From Nemertoderma westbladi (Eukaryota > Animalia > Xenacoelomorpha): a stretch of DNA of 64,000 nt. Location of the stretch: positions 1-64,000 of the forward strand of contig JAUCBJ010000021.1 of the NCBI GenBank assembly GCA_032718475.1. The letters are read 5' to 3'. Position numbers and translations under genes: made by a program. Under the pieces are notes generated by a model, which made no database searches, was not told the DNA's origin, and saw only the letters and a program-made list of their open reading frames with translations. Shown here one piece after another: positions 26,087 through 39,732 of this stretch (position 1 is its first letter; each line of letters begins with the position of its first letter).

Positions 26087-27739
26087 CAACATATGGAGTG
26101 GGTGTGTGACTCTATTATTTTATATTATTTTATTATTTTTATATTTATGTATGTATTACTATGTAGTTTTATTATAATCGTTTTATTTAATTTAGTAGAA
26201 TATTATTTAGCGATTATTTAGTAGAATAGTGCAATATGTTCGTGTTCATTGCGTACGTAATTACTTATATTATATTTAGTGCGACGGCGAGAAACAATTA
26301 TTTTTCTCTTTCCTTACTGTCCGTATTATATTATAAATACGTAACTACAGTAAGATGACATGTCCGTACTTATTAAAGTACAATAAAGCCACTACTATAT
26401 TTAAGTATTATTGGTAGGCAGAGTATTAGGAATGCAACGTTCAGATCCTCGTGTCTCGGCTAAACCAAGCTCTGGGTAGACCTTGGAAACGACTTGCCTC
26501 TTCACACTGACATTGCTTCGTGCGATATTGCTCTCATACCGTATATTAAATAATACATATAGTAGCGTGATGTCCCTTTAACAGTAGCGTATAACGCAAA
26601 ATAAATCTGTTAAACCCTTTGACCATCTGTAATTCTAGTCGATTAAGATATCGCGGCACCCACCGATATACTTGAAAGACAAATTCTAGAATCAGTGGTT
26701 AACGTCCCCAGACAAGTTCTGGAATAAATCGGTGCCCATCTCAAATATTAATCATTTAATATTTGCAAATCTAATAAATCAAAATCTGTAAAATTCAGAT
26801 CCTTCAACAATTCTAGTCAATTAAGATATCGTAGCATTTACCGATATTCTTAAAAGGACAATTGTCATAGAATTAAGGATCTTGTGTCCCCAGACATGTT
26901 CTAGAATCAAAATATGTCAATTTAATTATCAAATAATAAAGTTTCAGGGAATAAATTTAAATTCATGCCTTTTAATGAATTTAATAAATTGCCATTTTTA
27001 CGCAATTTATAACATTCCCAAAATTCCATTAATTAATAGATCAAGGGAGCGGAGATTTATCTTATTATGCGTATGAGTGTGCGAAAGTCTCCCAAACATA
27101 GTCAATAGCCGATAAAATTCATAAAGTCATGTATAAAACAGGACATTGACTATTAAAGAATTACTATTAAATAACATCCCAGATCTGTATGTATTGGAAT
27201 TACCCTAATTCTACCGCTAGCTTTACATAATGTCACCATAGCAACAACCACGCTAGAATTAGAATTGAGTTAAAAGAATAATAGAAAGCTTGTCCCCTTG
27301 AATAGCATAGGGAATAAATAGTGCACTGATAGTATCCAAGGATACATAATAATACAGTGACATTCTGGAAGGCATTGACTAACGGACAAGTGACCCGAGT
27401 GTGTGTAATTTGTGACAAGTTGTGTGTGTGGTATTTGTGAGTTTATAGGCGAATGTTACTACTAAGGTGTGTTTACAGTAGCGAGTCGCAATTGTGAAAG
27501 TAACCCTAACTCTCCAGTAAGAACCTGAGGTGTATCTAAGCCTTTGGGACGGACAGTCGAGTGACTTGTGCCGGTTGTCGTTGTCGTTGTGCGGCTACGT
27601 CGTTGGCGAAAGTACAGCGGCGATGACACATCGGCGCTGAGGATCTCGTACTGTCCGGGGGTTGATTGGGGTAGGCAGCGACGCCCGCTCGCCTAAATAT
27701 AAACTCATTATAATATGGATAAACTCATATATAGCAGAT

Positions 27740-29045
27740 ATGACGGAGTTGATAGAAGATGGTCTTAGTATCGGGGAGCGATATACTCTACTTTTACAAG
27801 CGTTTGTTAATAGCTTAATACGCGGCGACGTTAGTCCAACTGCTGCGGAGGACGATGGTTGTTATATCGAACCGCCAATGTCCCAAGAGCAGCTCGCGCG
27901 AGTTGGACTATAGAAAATTCGCTGCTCGATATACGCAGCGTAATGGTACGTATATGGTCTTCTTAACTACTGGTCATCCTATCGATTTACATAATACGGA
28001 CTATGTCGACTATATATCCTGCCCAGCGGAGTCGGAACCATAAACTGAAATTCGAATGCGAAAATTCTATACGAAATCGACTCGAAAGAAAAGACACTAA
28101 AGAAACAAATAAACGCGGTAACTCCAACGTATATTTGGAATTCTTGATAGAAGCATTGTAACAACAAATAAATATCACCCGCGTTTCCCCCTACCAGACG
28201 TGCGTCTTTGGTATTATTACGATAAATGCCCTAAACCCAACTAATAAACGGAAAGACATAAACATCCACGGAAACGTTGTGTTAAACACAGTTGTGCTCG
28301 TTATATTTACTGGAGTTTCGAGCGAAACTTGTTTGACGTATCACCTATGCTCACTCGGCTCGAACGATCCTGGAGTAAACCTACGATCAGAGTCCCGGAA
28401 TACTCGGTCAAACCTCCTCATTCCTTAGTTGGACCTCAGACCTGCGATCCTGGTGGTGTCGCGGATCCTCGCGGACTGTATTCACTGTTCAAAGATCTAG
28501 TGCTACCCTAACAATTAATCGGTAACACTCCGACAGTGATTTCTAGCTAGCCGCCCATCTTACCTAGCCGGATTGTGACGCGGACACCTAATATCACTAT
28601 TCAACCGTATGGTCGTTCCCGTTTAACGCGATACAACCCTTCATCAAGGTGAAGGAGAGCGTTGTACGAAACGAGTTAAACGCTATTCTATAAAGATCAA
28701 AAAAGAAACCTGCGTTTGTTCAGATAAACGTAAGTTATAACAGTAAGTCCAATCGATAAACGAATTGGCCTTATCTCAGTTCGATTGGGAAATCTCGAAT
28801 CTCTAAGAAGATATCAAGCTTAGAAAACCCTATTCTTTGCGAGAGTTTTGGATGAACGTATCCAGCTACGAGCGGAGGAAAATCAGCTCGAGGAGAAGCA
28901 TATCGAAACGGCGTATACCCCGACCATAATCCTACACCTTCTGATGCAATCATATTGCACCCTTCACCCAGGATTTATAGCCCTCCTAGTAAAGTGGCTC
29001 GCCCCAAAGAGAAAAGGACTCTTGCTAGCCTCAAAAACTGCGTAA
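27740..29045 (+). pseudogene. Fragmented extra 3' ORF of element B
   Basis: Homologous to A 3591-5036 (MTELIED, RELDYRKF.ARYT.RNGTYM, MFDVSPML, AEENQLEEKHI). Confidence 0.6.
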
Positions 29046-29148
29046 ACGCCGTCTGCGTAAAAAAGACTAACTGTTTAGAGTATCTTTATATTTTAGAAAC
29101 TGTGATTTGTTATATTTTATAGACTTAAATCCCATTTTCTGGGAGCGG

Positions 29149-30374
29149 TGTAAAAGCTTTTGCGTAATTAGCCGGTTATTATCCCCGTAAAGTACTCTGT
29201 GGTTGGTTTACCAGGCATAAAAAGGCCGTGTCCTTGCTGTACTGGTGTTTTGGAGGACATAAAAGCCATTTCTTCTGTATTTGTACTTTAGAGGACATAA
29301 TCTGTAATTTCGTGACGTAAAAAGCTCGATACTCTTGAAAACAGTGTCGCTACCATGACGACGGCTAACGGCTGATATTGCCACGTTGCCCCATAGCCCT
29401 GCTTTCTGTATCTGCCAATAGGATTTGAGTTGGTTTTGATTTTGACCTATCACAGATCTACTGAACTGAATTTCCTATCTGTATGCTCATTCTCTGTGGT
29501 GGGTGAGATCTTTGTAGAATAAGGGTAGCTGGTATTCTTATAGTTATTCTTATCAGTTTTTAGTGTTGTTGGTGATTCTAAGCCAGGAAGAACGGCTTTA
29601 GCCCTACACTAGTAGGCTTAATTATAAGGACATATATCCGTTATCTGCATTTATCACAACATAACATACCATACCTAATCAAACAACCTGTGCATACTTT
29701 ATATTGTTATACTGCTATTTACTGTCAGTTCTTCATAATATGGTTGATGAATTATTATATTTGGAATAACGATAAATAACCCCGAAACCCAATATTCTTG
29801 ATATACCGAAGGTAAGAGAGAAGGGTTACATATAACAATTGTGACTTATGTTAAAGTGGTTTGAAGTGAATCTAATGTTATTTGATAGACCCTACATGAT
29901 TCGGTCCGTGTTCCTTTTATATGTGACTAAAATCAGTGAAGATCTGCAGATTAGTGTGCAGTATTGTGCAGCATTGTGTATGAGTGAGACTGATAACGAA
30001 GCATTTCCTAAAGAATGCGCCATATATGTGAATTATAACTAAGCCATATCGTTGTGAGTAGTTTAAGTCATAACTCTGTTTATATAGATAGAGCGCCACG
30101 TCCTAAAGGAACTGTTAATATTTCCCGAAGGTGAATAATATTGTCAGAGATTATATAATACTGTCAGTCGAATAATACATTAGGCTTACATAGCAATAAG
30201 ATTAAGCCATCGAACCCAATCTCCCGGGTATATCCAGCGGGTGAATGATCGCGCACAGATTGGTTTCGACTAGTGTAGTGAATTAAATACTTGTCATAGG
30301 CTAAAGGTGATTTATTATCTAGAAGACATCCTAATTTGGCGGGTTAAACTGCCAAAGGTCTGAAAGCGCGAACA
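29149..30374 (+). repeat. Element B 3' LTR
   Basis: Repeat of 17553-18778; preceded by GGGAGCGG. Confidence 0.95.
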
Positions 30375-30379
30375 GGCCA

Positions 30380-31154
30380 AACGACTCGCGTTCATCATTA
30401 GAGAGGCGATAATTCCGTACAGTTACCCCCTCTTTCCCACAGCATCGGGTCCATTAATGAATCTCGGTCTGTCTGGTTAGCAACTAAATGAAATCTCTGA
30501 TAAGGAGCGTTGGGATGGTGTGGCGATGGTGATCACTTCGTCGAAGTTAACGTTCTCTGTCTTAAGGAAGTCGCTGATCTCAGTACTAGTGACATCAGGA
30601 AGAAGTCGGCCGATATGTATGTGGGTCTTCCGTACTACCGGAGACTTCACCGCACGTGGGGCCGACCTCGGTGGAGCAACGCGAACACGCAGTGAGCTCT
30701 CTTGTTGCCTGGAACCTCGAATAACGGGGCGGCTGACAGCGTTAGGCTGTGGAGCCCTGGTAGCAGCGCGTGGGGCTTTGCCAGAGGGCGCGGGCGTGTC
30801 TCGTGAAGTGGAGTGGGAGTGTGCCGCTTCACGATAGCTCTGCACCATCGCGGTTCTGGTTGGCGTAGCTTGGGTGGCGGTTCGGGTTCCGTCGATCAGG
30901 GTTTCCTTTCTTGATTTTAAAGTGATTGAGATCACCTCATTTTTAGCAGAGATTGTGTCAGCTCGGGCCTCAGCAAGGCTGGCGAGCGATTCCGCCAGTT
31001 TACCATCTACGGCATTGTACAGGGAGTTCATCTTCACGATGCCATCCATCGGTTGGCGTTCCTCGTCAAGAGAGATCTTTTTCTTTGTTTTTATATCTCG
31101 TATTAGTGCAATCGTTTCTGTTTGAAGCTTAGCAGTGACTTCATAATCCGCCAT
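30380..31154 (-). pseudogene. LINE ORF1 (coiled coil and RRM-like domain)
   Basis: KTHIHIGRLLPDVTSTEISDFLK followed by a frameshifted W.EGVTVRNY, typical of CR1-group ORF1 RRM-like domains; lies inside the LINE TSDs. Confidence 0.75.
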
Positions 31155-31777
31155 AGTGGCATAAAATATATATTAATAAAATTCAGATTTATACTGATTT
31201 ATATAATTAATAATCAGCCTTCAATAATATACAGTACTATGTGTCTCATTCAGTTTCAGAGTTTTAAATTAATACCTTTGGGGGGATCTAAGTGCGCGTT
31301 CACATATACATGTCTGATGTCTGGATAAGTACTGAAGTACCGGTAGGGATATGAATAATATAATACTGATTGTGATGACTGAAACCTGTTGTTACCCTGT
31401 GTTATCGTGTTCGACTTGCTGAACTGCTGAACCGTCTGGGAGTCTTCGATTAGGCCTGTGAACTCTAAGGCAGTTTGGAGCCTGTCAGTCAGCGGTGGGA
31501 TACGGTCCACCCCGCCAGCCCGCTACCCTAATTAAACTGAGTGCGTTATTTGCACATTTATGTATCATCAGTGAGTTCTGACATTCGTACCCAGGTAAAT
31601 CAGATAATGGCTGAATGGGAATTACCCAATTGTGAACTGTTGGAAGGAACCGGTAGGCCTACTGTTCTACCAGTACTGCAGTAGGAAGTGGATAGACTGT
31701 AACTGTACTGCGGCTGGTATTCGGTACCGGACCGGAAGTTAAAGTGTGGCATTTAAGTGTAAATATAGGCCTAAAGT

Positions 31778-32436
31778 ATGGGTGACACAGAGGAAGATGT
31801 TGAGGCCGGGGCCACCGGTCTGAGGTCCCGTAAAATCGGCGAGGTTGGTCGACTGAAATTTGATAGGAAGAAACCACGGAAATTCTTTTCAAATTTAGGG
31901 CGTATGGGGCGATTAAACAGATGGTCAAGTGAGGATGTTGTATTAGCTGGAATCATGCAAATTGGTGACACTGAGAATGGTTAGCTGACTACCATGAGGA
32001 TTTGTCATTAGACACATTGGAGGAACTGGAGAAGAGTGCGATTGATAAATTAGAACCACCAGAGCAACGGACGATGTTCTAGAAGGAATTCCATGATGCA
32101 CGACTAAAAACTTCCGAAACACCACTCGTCTTGGCAGAGCGCCTCAAGTCATTGATCCAGTCAGCAATTCCTGAGGCTGATGTAGGCACCAGCAACATGA
32201 TGGTACGTTCTCAGCTCATTGAAGCAGCCCCCAGGGCATGGAAAACTAAGTTATATGAGTCACCGCTGGATAAATTAGACCAGCTTATCGCTAAGATGGA
32301 TGTTATTAAGGCAACTGAAGGTGCTGTCGGTGGATTTGGCCCTGACACTGTAAGGCGGCAGAAGTTTAGTGGGTCCCCATCTAGCTCCAGTTCCGGACTT
32401 GGAGGCAGTTTCAAAATTAATTGGTTTTGGCTATAA
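31778..32436 (+). pseudogene. Degenerate Ty3/Gypsy-like gag fragment
   Basis: KFD..KPRKFF..L..MGRLNRWS and KEFHDARLKTSETPLVLAERLKSLIQSAIPE..VRSQLIEAAP resemble retrotransposon capsid; weak tRNA-Leu-like CAGCGGTGGGAT at 31490-31501. Confidence 0.6.
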
Positions 32437-32933
32437 TTTGGAATTTAAGTAATTAAGATGCTATTCTACATGATTTGCAAAAATTTTATTTCTTGCTTAG
32501 TATTAGTATTATTATTAATATTAGTTAATACTAGTTAACATTAAAAAAAACTTGGTTGCGCTTAAAACCCTAAGGCTTTTACAGTATTCAATTTAATCAC
32601 ATGAAAGCTTTTTTATATGATAGATCAAAGATGTGGGCAACATAACTATCAGACGAAATTTTGTGAAAATTCACCTGCACTGCTAGGTGGCGCTGAAAAT
32701 TTATGCAAATTATTGGGTTTGTTATAAGTAGTATTACATGTTATTAACTAAAAATTTCAAAAAATTGTCTGATACTTTTATGCAGGGTTGCTATGTAGAC
32801 TCTCACACAATTTTTTAGAAAGTTGCTCAAAAATTGTAGAAGTAGTATAGGTTTTGAAGTTGACAATTTCCCGAAAAAAATATTTGGAGATAATATTAAT
32901 TATGTGAATAGTATTATATATTATATATATATA

Positions 32934-33282
32934 TATGTGAATAGTTAAATATAAGTTAATTATGTGAATAATATTGTTAAATATAAGTTAATTATGTGAA
33001 TAGTTAAATATAAGTTAATTATGTGAATAGTTAAATATAAGTTAATTATGTGAATAGTTAAATATAAGTTAATTATGTGAATAGTTAAATATAAGTTAAT
33101 TATGTGAATAGTTAAATATAAGTTAATTATGTGAATAGTTAAATATAAGTTAATTATGTGAATAGTTAAATATAAGTTAATTATGTGAATAGTTAAATAT
33201 AAGTTAATTATGTGAATAGTTAAATATAAGTTAATTATGTGAATAGTTAAATATAAGTTAATTATGTGAATAGTTAAATATA
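32934..33282. repeat. 27-bp minisatellite, about 13 copies
   Basis: Unit TATGTGAATAGTTAAATATAAGTTAAT repeated with no spacers. Confidence 0.95.
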
Positions 33283-33818
33283 ATGTTTCTACACTACGTG
33301 AATACCGAATAATACGTGAAAGTTGAATAGTTATTTTGGGATTGTTGGATAATATTATATTCTTATCATGAGCTCATCACATTTTATTTATTCCATTGAG
33401 TAGGCCCTTTTTTCGTTTTTTTTTTTTTCATCTTTCGTCGGCTATAATGGGAATATTCGCTCAACGGAGCAACACCAGTGTGCAGAATAATGTAACGGGA
33501 CAATATATTTTAAAGTTTGAAGGCTCGTAGTGAGATAATAATGGCCTTTTGGATCAATGGAAAGCCTTATTGTCTATACAGACAGGCGCCACATCGTCTG
33601 GTATAAAGGAACATGATGATCTTCCCCATATACCAAATGATATATCGGTCTCAAGAATATTTTATTTTCTTATATATATCTATTTGACTTAATAAATTTA
33701 AGGACTAAACATTTCTGTTTAAATTTCTGTCGATAATTTAAATTACGGTTTTCGAAAAAGAGAATATGAATGAAACGAATGCGAATTAACTTTTAGGAAA
33801 CAAAGGAAACAGAAGAAC

Positions 33819-34000
33819 AGTTAGATGGTTGCCAGGAGATGGTTCACTCTATAATTAAGTTAGATGGTTGCCAGGAGATGGTTCACTCTATAAATAAGTT
33901 AGATGGTTGCCAGGAGATGGTTCACTCTATAATTAAGTTAGATGGTTGCCAGGAGATGGTTCACTCTATAATTAAGTCAGATGGTTCACTCTATAATTAA
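33819..34000. repeat. 39-bp minisatellite, 4 copies plus a partial
   Basis: Unit AGTTAGATGGTTGCCAGGAGATGGTTCACTCTATAATTA. Confidence 0.95.
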
Positions 34001-34651
34001 GAAGCCCAATTTTAACTGATCAACTTTCACGAATCATTTAACTGCTCTGCTGTTGCATAAAGCACACCGAAATGTTACTAGACAGTTATTATAGTTTATT
34101 TATCTCCTTCTGAAATACACAGCCAGAGCGATTGCCATCGATCCAAGGCCAAGCAACAGAGCTATAATGGGGAACAGCAAGCTGAAAAATAAATGTTAAA
34201 TTACTAGTGATTACATGATAATAATAAAAATAATAATTTATTATTATTATTTATATTGTAAGCGGATTCAATTCCCTTCATTCTCCAGCCTAAAATGGGA
34301 CCAGTGGCATTTTACCAATATAGTTGGGGATACGAGATTACCAATAATAATCTCGCCTCATAACCAACTCGGTGGGGGGGGGGGGGGGGGGGGGGATACA
34401 GGCCCCAAAGCCACAGAGAGAGGGGAGAGGTCAAACCACCTCGGAGGGTAGAACACAGCTAGTCAAGGCTAGCGGCAGGGGGTAACACTCACACTCACAG
34501 GGAGTGCCAAAGTGACAATTAGTACATAAACCAATAGCAGGCAGGGGAGCACGTGGATAGAGATAGGAAAGCATCCATTGGGTACAGAAGGCCAAGAAGA
34601 GTAAGAGGTGAAACCAATATCTATGTGTATCAATCATATAGTTATTCTGTA

Positions 34652-36558
34652 TATTCGAAGAGACAGTAACAATACCTGCAATATCCTACTGTAAAGTTTG
34701 TGAATCAAATCATAAATCCGACCTTCTCACCAAAACAGTAAACTCTAAGTAAGCGAATATATTGCAGTATCGATCTCTTATAACCGGTGAGGCAGAAAAC
34801 AGTCTACGAGCAGACAAACTTCGATAAAACAAAATCCCGCGCAGCGAATCCTAAAATCAGGCTGACTCACTGACGGACTAAGGGGCTCGTATACCTTGCC
34901 GCGGTGTGATTTATATGGTTGGGCGAAAGGGACGCTAGCTAGGTACAGAGGCAGAGATTTGGAGATGTCTAACTAGCGGGCAAAGCACAGTAAGGACAAA
35001 GTTAATTTTATATATTTTGAGGTGTAAATAATTTCTAACGCGCGCGTGTGTTAATTCTAAACAGTCAAAAGCAGTTTTGCTCCTTCACATATATAATTAC
35101 TGGGTACGGTGTGCATTTTACAAATATTCTAATTTTGTAACTTGTAGGTCCAATACTCACGAATGATAAGGTTCCTTCCCCTCTTGCGTATTTCCAGGAC
35201 TCAAATTCAGGCATAAGGTTAATGCTACGCCCAGAATTCGGCAATTTTAATTTACCAGGTCCCTAATACTAAGAAGAAATATGTTAGTTTACTACTGTAG
35301 GCGTACAGTTACAAATAGCTATCCTGGCTCTTATCTAGAATTTTAGTCACCTAGGTAGGCTGGGTAACTTCCTATCAAGACGTTGGCGGGGACACGGTAG
35401 ATGTTAGTATATCCCTAATAGCCTCAATTTATTTTGCGCCTAGTTGTAAACTGCCCTACCGCCTGAACGGTACAATCCTAATTCAGGTGAAACACAGCAA
35501 CCCTCCTAGCCTACAAGTTCTAGTGCAATGGACACCGTTGTACTACAAATAGTCGCAGACGCACCTGCACTTAGCAAGAGTTAGGCGTACAGTTTGCTGC
35601 ACCCTACCAATGTGTATGCTTCGTACCGGTGTGCCTACGTCCTATCTGCGTACTAGTATCTGCCTGCTCTCTCTCTCCCCCCGTAGGAATGTGAAGGTCT
35701 ACTGTGGTTTTTTCCTGAATCAAGACAGTACGGTCCCTAAGATGTAATTTTAGGCTCACAGCGTGTCACTACTTCTACCCTTTTATCTTTGGTCTTACGC
35801 TTAGGTAGCAAGGCGTCGAACGCTGTCTAACCTTTCAGGCGATGGGCGAATAACTAAGGTGGTATTGCGGGTTGTCTCCTGTCTACATTCCCTTGATGTT
35901 CCCGTTCATCGCTGCGGCCCGATCTCTAGCCGGCCATCCTGATCCTAAGAGTGTTCACCGTAGTGAATCATGGTGAAAAGAAAAGCAGGTAGCGGTATTT
36001 CTGAATTTATTGCAGATAATAATACAAAATGTAATCTGAAAACTAATGACAGAATAAACAAATATCAGATAACTCAGAAGAGATAGAACATTGATAGATA
36101 GGATTGATAACTAATGAACAAATCGCACCTTTATATACCAAATTTGTGCCGCAATCAATCGAGAAAATTCTCGATTGTTCTATAGGTTCTAACAGGTTTT
36201 TAAAGATAACTATTGGTCCAGCTAATATATAACTTGCACGACATTGGTTACAATCAAATAACTACAGTCTCATTGGTTAATCTAGGTACAAACAAATGCA
36301 ATTTAATTTGTAGCGGTCAATTTAAATGAGTTGAAATTCTGCACAAAAAATAATTCGCACTTACTAGGATTCGAACTCAATACCTACTACACATATAATT
36401 TCCAACGCTCTACCGACTGAGCTACTGAACCACTTGACTAATAGGCGTACAATAGATATAGTAAATACAAATGAGGACTCAATGCAATCTTTTACAAAGT
36501 TAATTCGAATAAAATAAAATTTTGAAAATCCACGGCATTTAGGGAATATAATTCTATA
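34652..36558 (-). repeat. Element C 3' LTR
   Basis: Repeat of 49293-51199; preceded on the sense strand by GGAGCGG. Confidence 0.95.
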
Positions 36559-36689
36559 CCGCTCCATGAAAACAGGATATTATCGTGCATAAAATATACG
36601 GTTTTCACCAATAATCAATCAAACTATAGAATACTTAGGGCGTACTTACATATTTACAAATTAAATTTCAAACAATACTTCCTTTCTAC

Positions 36690-37445
36690 ATAATGATTCG
36701 ATACAAAATAATTACAAATTCAAACTTTACGTAGTTAATGCTTTACTAAGTAAGTACAATATAAATCTAAATTAAATTCACCAATATAAATCTATTGCAT
36801 CTCAATATTGCATAAATTCAAGCAATTACAAATACAAATAAATGAAAATCATAAGAAAGGCTCGCGAGTCTTCCATCTACTATTGCATCTCAAATATTGC
36901 ATAAATTCAAATAATTACAAATACTTTCGTGCCTAAATGTAGATTGCATAAGTTCGGAATAATTACAAATATGAGTCTTTCTAAGCACAAAACTTTCTAA
37001 CTATAAAACTTTCTAAATACAAAATATAACACTTTACAAATGAAACTATAAGAAAGGCCCACGAGTCTTCCATCTACTCATACTTTCTATTTCACTGTAA
37101 ATACAAATACTGCTTATAAGATATAAATTGCATAGTATTCGGAACAATATAAATTGCATAAGTTCGGAATAATTACAAATATAAAATATAAATTCTTACA
37201 AATATAAATTCTTACTAAATATAAGTCTTACTAAATATAGATATAAACTGCATAAGTTTAGAATAATATAAACTCCTTTGCATCTCAAATATGAAACATA
37301 CGCTTTCAAATATAAGTTCCTTCTAAATATAAACTTTCTAAATTTCATAAATTCGGAACAATACAAATTGTATAAGTTCGGATAAATATAAAATATATAA
37401 CTCAAATAAATCACAAATTCACAAGAAAGGCTCACGAGTCTTCCG
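36690..37445. repeat. AT-rich degenerate repeats in the C 3' UTR
   Basis: Recurrent TTGCATAAGTTCGGAATAATTACAAATA-like units and three AGAAAGGCYCRCGAGTCTTCC hairpin copies. Confidence 0.7.
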
Positions 37446-37464
37446 TCCACCCTTGCCCTCCCTT

Positions 37465-39068
37465 TTATCGCTTAGTTGATCGAGCCCTGCCGCGTCCTCG
37501 AAAACTGCGCACAGGTGACTTTGCTCGCGATATGGGACTTGTGGGGCGAGTCACTGGTTTCGTTTGGACGTTGAGAGACGGTGCGACTATTTCCTCGCAA
37601 ATTCGTCTATTTGGCATCCCAAAACCTCGACCGATTCCTCGTGACCGATCAGTTGTCACTACAGTTGGTAGAACGTCTGGGAACGCGCGAGAAACGGACG
37701 ACGCAGACCCAAGAGTAGCTTGCGCCCCCTTTTGATCAGCTGGTGTATGTCCCGATCCTCCTGTTGGTTCTCTAGGAAGCGATACCGTATCCCGAGTAAT
37801 TCGAATAGTCGTCTCAACTCCCTTGCGTTCTTCTATATTGATAGACTTCTTTAACTGTTGGCCCACTTTCTGGACCCGTATGATCCTACCCTGTCCGTCC
37901 TCCCGAGGGTGACGTGCAGACGGCGCAACCGGAGTGGCTGGTATATTTGTCGCCTCTAGGACCTCCTCTTCCTCGAATACGCTCGCTCGTATACGTTTAT
38001 GGTAAAACGCGGCTCGGTACGCCCATGCGACGGTTAACCAAGCTCCTTTATTCCGCCTTTCAGTTCGGAAACGATCGAATTCACCATACGTGATGCGATT
38101 AACGACTTTCTGAAAATTCCACGTGTTTTTGTTATCCGGGTGAATCTGTAATAGATACTCGCGCACTACTCGGAATCCACTGTCGTGGGGCAAAATATCG
38201 ACTACCTCGATAAGTTCGTCATATTGGGGCATAGCGGAGATGTATCCTTCCGACATCATCGTTTGGGGATTTACCGCCCAAAATCCAAGATGCGCTCTCA
38301 TCGGAAACCGTCTTCTTTGTGCCGATACATGTTCGTCGGCTAAATCTTCCCACTCATCGAATAATTTTCTCACGAGTTTTACAGATTCGTGTTCATAGGG
38401 TATGTCTCTTAGTTGGCATTCAGATGCTCGATGTCCTTTTATATTGCAATAAGTACATTGAGCCATAAATCTCCAGCAAGTATAAAAGGTATGAGACCCT
38501 TGATCTCCACACCATCCACAGATTAGCTGAGTCGTAGTAATGTGCTTTCCACTGCACTTGGTCGAATGATGTCCAGCGACGCCACATTTACCACACATCG
38601 TATTGGCAGGGTACCACACTCGTTCGTATATAAGATCTCCAATCGGTCGAGCGCTTCCTCCCACACTATAATCGTAATCATCTGGATCTATGGGTTGGTA
38701 GGTTTCTGAAGGTTGTATACAAACTATAGCATCTGTTGCTTCAAGTTGTCGAATCTCCGTCTGAGATTTCTTCGGGAGGTTCCTTTCTATCTCAAGAAGT
38801 TCCTCTAAAGGATCGTCAGCGATCGTAGTAGTTACTTCGAAATCATCACCAAGGTGACCGATAGGCGCACGCGTCTGCCGTGATTCGTTCGTAACCTCCA
38901 CGATACCGTCGTGTCATATTTAGTGTTTGCGAGTTTCGCTGTACTTTCTGATAATTCCTTTATACCAAATATAGTGTAGTCCTTGGCTCCAAATCTTTCG
39001 AATGGCGCTGCTGCCTCCTCTTGGATATCATATCCCCATCTCGGCTCTCCTTGTATCCCTTTCTCCAT
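37465..39068 (-). CDS. Extra 3' ORF of element C: triple CCHC-type zinc-knuckle protein with a basic RG tail (one frameshift near 38905)
   Basis: 478-aa ORF with CGKCGVAGHHSTKC, CGWCGDQGSHTFYTC, CTYCNIKGHRASEC and RGRGRAR; an overlapping ATG-initiated 78-aa ORF joins by a one-base shift. Confidence 0.75.
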
Positions 39069-39732
39069 AATTAGAGGTGTAGTTACATAATCATTACTAC
39101 TAGAGGGAATACAACAGAGTTTGTAGTTAGTTGTGAGGAGACGTGAGAGTTTCGTCTGCCCTTTGGGCTCGACAACGCTCTAACCTCCTACCCATAGCCT
39201 AAGATCTAGGGTTTCTTTAATGACACGCTGCTTCTTATCTAAAATTTTTTTTTTGCCGAAATAAAAACGAATTTGGGCTAAACTGGCTGTGAGTCTAAAA
39301 TACTCACTTTTTGATCCCAAACTATTATCAGAAAATAAGCAATCAAGAATTAGTAATAAATATAGGGGAGTCTATTTATTGACGTAACTTATTGAAACAA
39401 GACCGTGTAAAATTTAATTAAAATTTTAAGAAAGGCTCGCAAGTCTTCCTCTCTTGTTTCTCTAATTTTAAGTTCCACCCGACTGTACCCTGAAATCTAT
39501 TCACTGGAGAAAATTTTAAAATTTTTCAAATCCAAATGGATTGTCTAAAATTTCGAAAATGTCTCAATATTGTGAGTTCCAAGTAGAATTCCATTTCTTA
39601 TACCTACAAATCCCGCTCCTATGTGATACATAAGGGTACTACCCTCAATGTTCACATATAAAGACAATGGAATTCTACCGCTGTCCTTACTACAGTGTAC
39701 AGGTACGTGGAAATCTATTTTTAAACTCCTAA

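Larger units (their letters stand above)
17553..30374 (+). mobile_element. Element B: non-autonomous BEL/Pao LTR retrotransposon (Gag-PR only), nested in the 3' end of LINE ORF1
   Basis: Two 1226-bp LTRs; TSD GGCCA at 17548-17552 and 30375-30379; internal region collinear with A. Confidence 0.95.
14750..31266 (-). mobile_element. APE-type LINE (CR1-group/Daphne/RTE-X-like, clade uncertain), about 3.7 kb, split by element B
   Basis: 14-bp TSD AATTAATACCTTTG at 14736-14749 and 31267-31280; ORF1 and EN-RT ORF2 on either side of B; AATAAA near the 3' end. Confidence 0.9.

Noticed and set aside
2282-30374. A and B as an assembly-duplicated inversion or a single DIRS/foldback element
   Set aside because: Each has its own distinct LTR pair and TSD and they are clearly diverged, so they are independent insertions.
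32681-32710. CTCF-like TGCTAGGTGGCGCTG and octamer ATGCAAAT
   Set aside because: Single motif hits with no supporting context.
32934-34000. 27-bp and 39-bp arrays as possible CRISPR arrays
   Set aside because: Head-to-tail repeats with no unique spacers, no cas genes, eukaryotic context.
36363-36431. Functional tRNA gene in the C LTR
   Set aside because: Only the D-arm and B-box are intact; anticodon and acceptor stems do not pair. Kept as tRNA-derived.
37465-38901. env gene in element C
   Set aside because: No signal peptide, TM segment or fusion-protein features; zinc knuckles point to nucleic-acid binding.
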